This document shows positions 57,591 to 64,000 of a stretch of DNA of 64,000 bases, piece by piece; the stretch's first letter is position 1; the number at the start of each line of letters is the position of its first letter. Under the pieces are notes generated by a model. That model was given only the letters and a program-made list of their open reading frames with translations, was not told where the DNA came from and did not search any database. Location: positions 11,973 to 75,972 of the forward strand of contig JBBEBU010000010.1 of NCBI GenBank assembly GCA_040882145.1. Reading direction: 5' to 3'. The DNA is from Idiomarina sp. Its GTDB lineage: Bacteria; Pseudomonadota; Gammaproteobacteria; Enterobacterales; Alteromonadaceae. A program made the position numbers and the translations under genes.

Positions 57591-57928
57591 CGAAAACAGA
57601 TAGTTAATTTTTAGTTATAAAAAAGTATTTTTTTAGATCATAAAAATCATTGAATTAATATCTGGTTCACGTACTCTAACAGCACGTTTGATAAGGCCCT
57701 AACGGCCTTTGACCAGAAAAAGTTAGTAAAGTTTAAAATCCAGGGAATAAAAAAAAGGCCAGGAGGCCAACTTTAAATTAGACATAAAAACAACAACAAA
57801 GTCTGATTTATGCGCTAGAAAAAATAATAATAATAATAAATATTACGGACGATACACATAATAACACGGAAGAATTGTGACAACCGTTCTCGAATATCAC
57901 ACGTGCGCTGTGTGGATGAGAATAAATC

Positions 57929-57956
57929 AGGCGATGGCAACATCGCCTTTTTTATT
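57929..57956 (+). terminator. Orphan rho-independent terminator AGGCGATG-GCAA-CATCGCCT + TTTTTT, in the cytochrome c4 - yihI gap
   Basis: Read directly. It is 339 nt after the nearest upstream plus-strand stop codon, so it may end a non-coding transcript. Confidence 0.7.
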
Positions 57957-58080
57957 GCCTGAAGCATGCAGAATTCTATAAATCAGTTAAACTACTCCTC
58001 ATAACCTTCTTCTGTTCCTGCACTCCCTGTGCAAAACACTCGAAAATACTAGCGTAATTGAACACACATAAAAGGTTGTT

Positions 58081-58554
58081 ATGACTCGCATCAAAAAAAC
58101 ACGTAAATCGGGCCCTCTGGCGCCGAGCAAATCCACTCAGGCGAAAACTAAAAGTGAGTCGAAAGACTCGGTAAAGCGCGGTAAAGGCCATAAACCTGGT
58201 AGCCGCCATTCGTCTGCGGAAGTAACCCAGGCTGGCAATAATAAAGGCGGCAGTAAGACAGACCCACGTCACGGCAGTAAGAAGCCAGTGCAATTAGTGC
58301 AGCCAGGTGCAGTAAGCACCGGTGTGGCTAAAACGGCCACCACAGCGCCACCTACTACCGAGCAGTTGCAGAAACAATTGCGGCAACTGGAAAACGATAC
58401 TCGCTTACAAGATCTGCTAGAGCGTATGGAAGCCGGGGAAGACTTGAACGATTCCGACACTGCGTACGTAGATGATTGTACAGAACGTTTTCAGCAGTTG
58501 GCTGAGGCCCTAGGGCTTGATGTTGACGATGAGGACGACGACGAAGATTACTAA
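58081..58554 (+). CDS. yihI: Der GTPase-activating protein YihI
   Basis: Basic N-terminus MTRIKKTRKSGPLAPSKS, acidic C-terminus DDEDDDEDY. engB...yihI synteny. Confidence 0.85.
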   Translation: MTRIKKTRKSGPLAPSKSTQAKTKSESKDSVKRGKGHKPGSRHSSAEVTQAGNNKGGSKTDPRHGSKKPVQLVQPGAVSTGVAKTATTAPPTTEQLQKQLRQLENDTRLQDLLERMEAGEDLNDSDTAYVDDCTERFQQLAEALGLDVDDEDDDEDY

Positions 58555-58572
58555 AGGGCAAGAGGTATGACA

Positions 58573-59019
58573 ATGAACGTCTGGTGGATTAGCGCGATAG
58601 TTATTGGTGTGGCTATTATTGTTGGCTTAGCGTTCTACGCGGGTAGCCTGTTGGGTCGCTTAAAGCGTCAACAACAACGTCAACAGAAAGCCATAGAAGC
58701 CCGCAATGAACGCCTTATTGAAAGCATTGTGACTATTGCTCGCTCCATGGATCAAGACCAGTGTTCCTACTCTGAAGGCGCGTTACGCCTAACGGTGTTA
58801 TTAGACTTGATGGTGTTAGAGCCAAAACCGAATTTTGTTGAAGAATATCCGGGCTTACATGACATGTACGAGCGCATTAAGCATATGCCAACGCATGAAG
58901 CTCGTAAAACTTATCCTAAGCTTGAAATTCGTAAAATGGATGCAGAGCGGGAAGGCTATGAAGTGGAGCTTGCAGATGCCATTAAAACGGACATCCGCAA
59001 GCTGCTGGAACGTTTTTAG
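58573..59019 (+). CDS. DUF2489-like membrane-anchored protein
   Basis: N-terminal TM WWISAIVIGVAIIVGLAFYAG. The ATG at 58573 has better spacing from AAGAGG than 58567. Confidence 0.6.
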   Translation: MNVWWISAIVIGVAIIVGLAFYAGSLLGRLKRQQQRQQKAIEARNERLIESIVTIARSMDQDQCSYSEGALRLTVLLDLMVLEPKPNFVEEYPGLHDMYERIKHMPTHEARKTYPKLEIRKMDAEREGYEVELADAIKTDIRKLLERF

Positions 59020-59028
59020 TCAGAACTG

Positions 59029-60309
59029 TTAGTTCGAACGGTAAACCTGGCCGGCTTTCATCACAAAGTTAACGTCGGCCATGGCTTCAATGCGCTCTAA
59101 CGGATTACCCGAAACAGCCACAATATCGGCCATTTTGCCTGGTGCAATAGTACCAATCTGCGTATCACCCAGCAGGTCTGCGGCATCATGTGTTGCTGCC
59201 TTAATGGCCTCAAGCGCCGGCATACCGGCTTCTACCATGTAACCAAACTCGCGGTAGTTCTCGCCGTGGTCATAAACACCAGCATCGGTACCAAACGCAA
59301 TTTTCACACCCGCTTTATAGGCATTGGCAAAGGTTGCTTGAATTTTAGGACCAATGGCTGCCGCTTTCGGCCGTACGATTTCCGGGAAAAACCCGTCAAT
59401 TTTAGAGCGTTCGGCAACAGATTTACCGGCCGTAATGGTTGGCACGTAGTAAACACCATGCTCTTTCATCAGGTCCATAACTTCTTTATCCATGTAGGTA
59501 CCGTGTTCGATTGAATGAACACCAGCCTTAATGGCGCGAATCATGCCTTCTTTGCCGTGCGCATGAACGGTTACTTTCATCTCATAATCACGGGCGGTAT
59601 CTACGACAGCCTTAAGTTCGTCAATCATGAACTGCGGGTTCTGACCACTTTTTGCAACACTTAAAACACCGCCTGTGGCGGTAAGCTTAATAAGATCTGA
59701 ACCATCCTTGTAGCGCGCACGTACGGCTTCGCGAGCTTCCAGCGGACCATTTACAACGCCATCGTACGGAGAAGGCTCATCTACTAAGCCGTCACGATGA
59801 CCGTTAGTCGGATCTGCATGACCACCAGTAGTAGCAATAGATTTACCTGCGGTATAAATGCGTGGGCCTACCACTTTGCCTTGCGCTATCGCTTTACGCA
59901 GCGAGATGCTGGCTTTAAATGAATCACCAAGATCACGCACTGTGGTAAAACCAGCCATTAAGGTTTTTTCGGCAAAATTTGCTGCTGTTAAAGCAACGTC
60001 GGCAGCGTTATCGGTGTAACGCACCATATAAGAGCCCGGGCCAAGTTGTGAGGTTAAATGCGTGTGCATATCAATAAAGCCAGGCATTACTGTGGCGTTG
60101 CGGCGATCAATAACGGTATCGCCTTCGCCCGCTTCCCGGTAGCCATTCTCGATAGCAGCTATACGGTCATTATTTACTACAACTGTGACTTGTTTTCTGG
60201 GTTGAGCACCAGTACCGTCAATTAAAGTACCAGCATGAATAAGAGTGTCGGCGTATGCGTGCCCACTAAGTGCAGTCAGGGCAAGCGCCAAAGTTAATTT
60301 ACGCACCAC
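59029..60309 (-). CDS. Exported metal-dependent amidohydrolase family protein
   Basis: Signal peptide. [11 protein letters not shown] metal-binding motif and later HAHG / HG..M motifs. Confidence 0.8.
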   Translation of the reverse strand: MVRKLTLALALTALSGHAYADTLIHAGTLIDGTGAQPRKQVTVVVNNDRIAAIENGYREAGEGDTVIDRRNATVMPGFIDMHTHLTSQLGPGSYMVRYTDNAADVALTAANFAEKTLMAGFTTVRDLGDSFKASISLRKAIAQGKVVGPRIYTAGKSIATTGGHADPTNGHRDGLVDEPSPYDGVVNGPLEAREAVRARYKDGSDLIKLTATGGVLSVAKSGQNPQFMIDELKAVVDTARDYEMKVTVHAHGKEGMIRAIKAGVHSIEHGTYMDKEVMDLMKEHGVYYVPTITAGKSVAERSKIDGFFPEIVRPKAAAIGPKIQATFANAYKAGVKIAFGTDAGVYDHGENYREFGYMVEAGMPALEAIKAATHDAADLLGDTQIGTIAPGKMADIVAVSGNPLERIEAMADVNFVMKAGQVYRSN

Positions 60310-60491
60310 GAGCTCCTTGGTTATTAGATTTATGAGGATTCATCTTCACATTAAACAGCGCCGTGGTGCCTGGTCAAGCTTTGTACCGGGTTTCGCGCCA
60401 GTTTCGCGGTGGGTATCTGCTATTTGGCGATGAAATTCGTTATACTTGTCACTCTTTCGTTTTTTGCCCAAAGCCTGAGTTGGAATGCCCG

Positions 60492-61358
60492 ATGTTTAAA
60501 ACCATACGAGAAGATATTCGCAGTGTATTCAAACGTGACCCTGCAGCGCGTAATACCTTCGAGGTTCTGACCACTTATCCTGGCTTGCATGCCATTTGGT
60601 TTCATCGCCTAAGTCACCGGCTATGGAAGCTGCGGTTGTATTGGCTTGGACGCTTTATTTCAACGCTCGCACGTTGGTTTACCGGCGTTGAAATACACCC
60701 TGGTGCCAAAATTGGCCGGCGCTTTTTTATCGATCACGGTATGGGTGTGGTAATTGGCGAAACCGCCGAAATTGGCGACGACGTTACCCTGTATCACGGT
60801 GTAACCTTAGGTGGCACCAGCTGGAACGGCGGTAAACGCCATCCAACGCTTGGTAACGGCGTTGTTATTGGTGCCGGAGCCAAAGTATTGGGCCCGCTTA
60901 CCATAGGTGAACTGGCGCGTATTGGCAGCAATGCTGTGGTGGTGAAAGACGTACCACCGAATACCACTGTTATGGGTATTCCTGCCCGTGTGGCCAGTTC
61001 CGGCACCGACAAAGAAAAAGCTCGCAAGCGTGAAGAAATAGCGAAAGAATATGGCTTTGATGCCTACGCTATTTCAGCCGATAACCCTGATCCTGTGGCC
61101 ACAGCTATGGGCCGTATGCTTGACCATGTGCATGTATTGGATCAGAAAGTAAGTGACTTATGTCGCGCGGTGAACACCTTAGGTGGTGACGTATGCGACA
61201 AAATTCCGGAAGTAGAACTGGACGACGTGGACTTCATTGACGCGAGTCATCAAGCAGAGCGGCAGCGGGCCTCAGCAAAGTCACCAACCGCGAAAAAGCG
61301 CGCGACTAAAGCGAAAACAGCAGCGCCAGTAAAGCCTAAAGAAGAAAAAGACGACTAA
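60492..61358 (+). CDS. cysE: Serine O-acetyltransferase with an extended C-terminus
   Basis: [21 protein letters not shown]...hexapeptide repeats [24 protein letters not shown]. The ORF-track start at 60363 is rejected. Confidence 0.88.
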   Translation: MFKTIREDIRSVFKRDPAARNTFEVLTTYPGLHAIWFHRLSHRLWKLRLYWLGRFISTLARWFTGVEIHPGAKIGRRFFIDHGMGVVIGETAEIGDDVTLYHGVTLGGTSWNGGKRHPTLGNGVVIGAGAKVLGPLTIGELARIGSNAVVVKDVPPNTTVMGIPARVASSGTDKEKARKREEIAKEYGFDAYAISADNPDPVATAMGRMLDHVHVLDQKVSDLCRAVNTLGGDVCDKIPEVELDDVDFIDASHQAERQRASAKSPTAKKRATKAKTAAPVKPKEEKDD

Positions 61359-61374
61359 TCAGTCGTCTTTTTTT
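61345..61374. terminator. Bidirectional hairpin terminator containing both convergent stop codons
   Basis: AAAAAGACGACT-AATC-AGTCGTCTTTTT, a 12-bp perfect stem with A-run/T-run flanks. The cysE TAA (61356-58) and yqhA TAG (complement of 61355-57) sit at the stem-loop junction. Confidence 0.75.
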
Positions 61375-61858
61375 GCGTTAACTTTTCCAGAATTCCCATC
61401 GCGAAGGCCGAGCCAACAAAGGTCATGTGTATAATCACGTACCATTTGATGTTGCTTTGCGCGATGTTTTCCAGATTCATAAACACTTTCAATAAGTGAA
61501 TAGAAGAAATAGCTACAATAGCTGCAGCCACCTTATTCTTCAAACCACCCGAGTCTATTTTACCTAACCAGCCAAGTTTTTCGGTATCAGCCCCAATGTT
61601 TAGCTGGGATACGAAGTTCTCGTAACCTGACAGCATGACCATAACCAGCAAACCACCAACCAGTGCTATGTCGATAAGGGTTAGGGTTAATAGTATAAGG
61701 TCAACTTCTGAAGTGGTGAACAGGTAAGGTATTACATGCGCCAGCTCCTGGAAAAATTTCAATCCCAATAGCAGCACGGCAATGCTTAATCCAAAATAAA
61801 TTGGCGCCAGCAACCAGCGCGAACCATACATGGATTTTTCGATAAAGCGCTCTATCAT
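61355..61858 (-). CDS. yqhA: UPF0114 (YqhA-like) inner membrane protein
   Basis: [26 protein letters not shown]-terminus. Confidence 0.8.
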   Translation of the reverse strand: MIERFIEKSMYGSRWLLAPIYFGLSIAVLLLGLKFFQELAHVIPYLFTTSEVDLILLTLTLIDIALVGGLLVMVMLSGYENFVSQLNIGADTEKLGWLGKIDSGGLKNKVAAAIVAISSIHLLKVFMNLENIAQSNIKWYVIIHMTFVGSAFAMGILEKLTQKKTTD

Positions 61859-61937
61859 AAGCTTCCTTGTGGGCATTAGTAGGCGTACAAGGCTTCATTG
61901 TACCCGACCCTAAGGCCGGGTAAAGTTTTCATTTAAA

Positions 61938-63512
61938 CTAGTTGGTATGGCTTGAAAAGCGGGCTACCAGAGAGCGTAACGTTTGTACTGTCTCGTGCAG
62001 CTCGGCACTGGAGTGGTCGGTTGCGCGCGCATTTTCCAGGGTGTCCTGAGCCAGCGATGAAATTTGAGTGATTTGCTCGCTAATATGCTCAGCAACACCA
62101 CTTTGTTCTTCCACTGCCGAGGCCATTTGTACCGACATATCCGAAATTTGCTGAATCGCTTCATCAATTTCTTGCAGTGCTTCATCCGCTTTTTGTACTT
62201 TGGCAACACCGTCAGCGGCGGCTTCTTCGCCTTGCTTAGACACAGTGACTGCTTCTTTTGCTCGTTCGCGTAAGTTATCAATTACTGTGTGAATGCCTTC
62301 GGTGGAGTCACGCGTGCGGCCCGCTAACGAGCGAACTTCATCGGCTACAACCGCAAAGCCACGGCCATGTTCACCGGCTCGGGCAGCCTCAATAGCCGCA
62401 TTTAATGCCAACAGATTAGTCTGTTCGGCAATGGACGAAATGAGGTCAGCCGCAGCACCAATTTCACCGGTGGATTCATCGAGCGCTTTCACGGTATTGG
62501 CAATTTGCTCAACCGCCCGGTGCAGGCCACGAATGACTTCGCTGGCTTCGCGCGCCAAGGTCACACTAGAGCGTACGTTAACGGCCGCACTTTCCGCGTA
62601 CTCGGCGTTTTTCTCAACCGTATCTGCAACTTCCTGAATTGAAGCAGCCATTTGATTCATGGCGGTAGCGGTTTGCTCGGTCGCGGAGGTTTGTTGCTGC
62701 ACTTTGCCGGAACTGGAGCTGGCTTGTTCGCGGGTATCTGTGGCTATCGCTATTAAATTACCCACAGCGTCATCAATGCGGGCTAGCGCGGTGCGATTGC
62801 GGGCACCTTCACTCATTAATAATAAGCCTAATCTGGCTTCGCGCCCCTGGTGGCCGGTGTAGGTCATACCCACGAGTTCAGAAGAAAACGCGTCGGGTCG
62901 AATATCAAGAAAATTTTGCATCATTTTACTGATGTACCAGCCATACAAAAAGATGGCCACCAGGCCTCCCACCGCGGCTATTGCCGCAGCCAGCCAACCG
63001 TGGGTGAAGAACAAAACAATAGCCGCTATGAAAGTTGGTGCCGCGACTGGTAACAAATCCCGCGCTGTTAATGCCAACCTTGCCGAGAAGGTAAGCGCAT
63101 GCTTGCCAGCGTTCATGCGGCTATACATTCCGCCAGCACGTTCCTTTTCTGTTTTACTGGCGGCAACCCGAACCGATTCATAACCAATAACTTTACTGTT
63201 CTCTTTAATGGGGGTGACATAGGCACTCACCCAATAATAGTCACCGTTCTTACAGCGGTTTTTAACCAGGCCCATCCATGGCTTACCACTTTTTATGGTA
63301 TCCCACATGTGCTTGAACACGGAAGCCGGCATATCAGGATGGCGTAAAATATTGTGTGGAGCGCCAATAATCTCTTCGCGTGAGTAGCCACTGACTTCTA
63401 CAAATTCCTTGTTGCAGTGCTGAATAACGCCTCTCGCATCGGTTGACGAAATCAAACGATATCCTTGCGGGAATGTACGTTCTTTTTGCGTAACCGGTTG
63501 ATTATTTCGCAT
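61938..63512 (-). CDS. Methyl-accepting chemotaxis protein with an N-terminal PAS domain (Aer-like)
   Basis: PAS region [42 protein letters not shown], two TMs, HAMP, and the MCP signalling hairpin [34 protein letters not shown]. Confidence 0.9.
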   Translation of the reverse strand: MRNNQPVTQKERTFPQGYRLISSTDARGVIQHCNKEFVEVSGYSREEIIGAPHNILRHPDMPASVFKHMWDTIKSGKPWMGLVKNRCKNGDYYWVSAYVTPIKENSKVIGYESVRVAASKTEKERAGGMYSRMNAGKHALTFSARLALTARDLLPVAAPTFIAAIVLFFTHGWLAAAIAAVGGLVAIFLYGWYISKMMQNFLDIRPDAFSSELVGMTYTGHQGREARLGLLLMSEGARNRTALARIDDAVGNLIAIATDTREQASSSSGKVQQQTSATEQTATAMNQMAASIQEVADTVEKNAEYAESAAVNVRSSVTLAREASEVIRGLHRAVEQIANTVKALDESTGEIGAAADLISSIAEQTNLLALNAAIEAARAGEHGRGFAVVADEVRSLAGRTRDSTEGIHTVIDNLRERAKEAVTVSKQGEEAAADGVAKVQKADEALQEIDEAIQQISDMSVQMASAVEEQSGVAEHISEQITQISSLAQDTLENARATDHSSAELHETVQTLRSLVARFSSHTN

Positions 63513-63691
63513 AGGAAAACAATCCTTTGTTTAAGTTGTATAAATAAATTGGCATGAAATAAGTGTAGAACCAAGGTAAAAATATATCGACCAGAGTGCC
63601 TGTTTTCTCAAGCATTATTTTAGAAATAGCTGATTTGACGGGGGTTTTGATTTACTAGCAGGTATAAATAACAGGTATAAATCAGGAGCAT

Positions 63692-63722
63692 AAAAAAACG
63701 CCGCTAAGAAGCGGCGTTTTTA
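63692..63722 (-). terminator. Rho-independent terminator downstream of the cold-shock gene
   Basis: AACGCCGC-TAAGAA-GCGGCGTT flanked by an A-run and a T-run. Confidence 0.8.
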
Positions 63723-63747
63723 ACTAATTCTTTTCGTGAATCACGAA

Positions 63748-63954
63748 TTATAAAGGCTGTACGTTCTCAGCTTGAGGACCTTTAGGACCTTGAGCGATAG
63801 TGAACTGTACTTGTTGGCCTTCAGCTAAGGTTTTGAAACCGTCAGACTGAATTGCGCTGAAATGTACGAATACATCTGCGCCTTGCTCTTGTTCGATGAA
63901 ACCGAAGCCTTTAGCTTCGTTAAAGAATTTTACTTTACCAGTTACTGTAGACAT
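63748..63954 (-). CDS. CspA-family cold-shock protein
   Basis: [15 protein letters not shown] (RNP1) and VFVHFSAI (RNP2). Confidence 0.95.
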   Translation of the reverse strand: MSTVTGKVKFFNEAKGFGFIEQEQGADVFVHFSAIQSDGFKTLAEGQQVQFTIAQGPKGPQAENVQPL

Positions 63955-64000
63955 GCTGTGATTCCTCGTAGTGCATGTGAATTTCTAGGGTATTGCTAAA

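Noticed and set aside
57591-57760. UvrY/GacA-type upstream activating box (TGTAAG-N6-CTTACA) for the Csr-like candidate
   Set aside because: I searched by eye and found none. This weakens the Csr hypothesis but does not eliminate it.
57823-57837. (AAT)5 microsatellite as a phase-variation switch
   Set aside because: Five trinucleotide units are too short for efficient slippage, and the run is not in a coding region or a clearly defined promoter spacer. It is kept only as a note within the sRNA candidate.
57976-58293. 105-aa minus-strand ORF overlapping the yihI 5' end
   Set aside because: It is antisense to a well-supported yihI with a characteristic basic N-terminus. Its Arg/Phe-rich product is typical of an antisense frame.

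Overview
This window is the chromosomal replication-origin neighbourhood of a gammaproteobacterium. Gene order and the secreted-peptidase content suggest a marine Alteromonadales or Idiomarina-like organism, but that is inference only. Almost all of it is tightly packed core genes. On the left are parB (truncated), parA, rsmG and mnmG, then an E. coli-type oriC in the mnmG-mioC gap, then mioC and dgt. A variable block of about 12 kb follows: a secreted M1 peptidase, a GGDEF protein, and an ECF sigma/anti-sigma pair with four exported proteins of unknown function. Next come mnmE-yidC-yidD-rnpA-rpmH, divergent from dnaA-dnaN-recF-gyrB. After those come glyQS, tag, tusA, fadBA, slt, pepQ, trkH/trkA, rsmB-fmt-def, dprA-smg-yrdD-tsaC-hemF, aroE, polA, engB, cytochrome c4, yihI, cysE, a PAS-MCP and a cold-shock gene. 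I saw no rRNA, tRNA, CRISPR array, transposase, integrase or prophage gene. The best candidate for an undescribed system is the ECF sigma / RskA-type anti-sigma / DUF4331-type operon at 12.06-17.02 kb. I found a shared bipartite promoter-like motif (TTGCATC-N14-GATCG[A/T][A/T]) in front of both of its transcription units. Other points worth a second look are: (1) two perfect 16-bp parS palindromes inside recF plus a 15/16 copy inside yidC; (2) a Spot 42-like sRNA candidate downstream of polA; (3) a GGA-rich, terminator-ended candidate Csr-type sRNA in the position syntenic with E. coli csrC, upstream of yihI; (4) convergent gene pairs whose stop codons overlap, two of them in hairpin loops; (5) several unexplained inverted or tandem repeats in promoter regions. 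All coordinates and motif counts were read by eye. No database search was possible, so family names are recognised from sequence signatures and need HMM confirmation.
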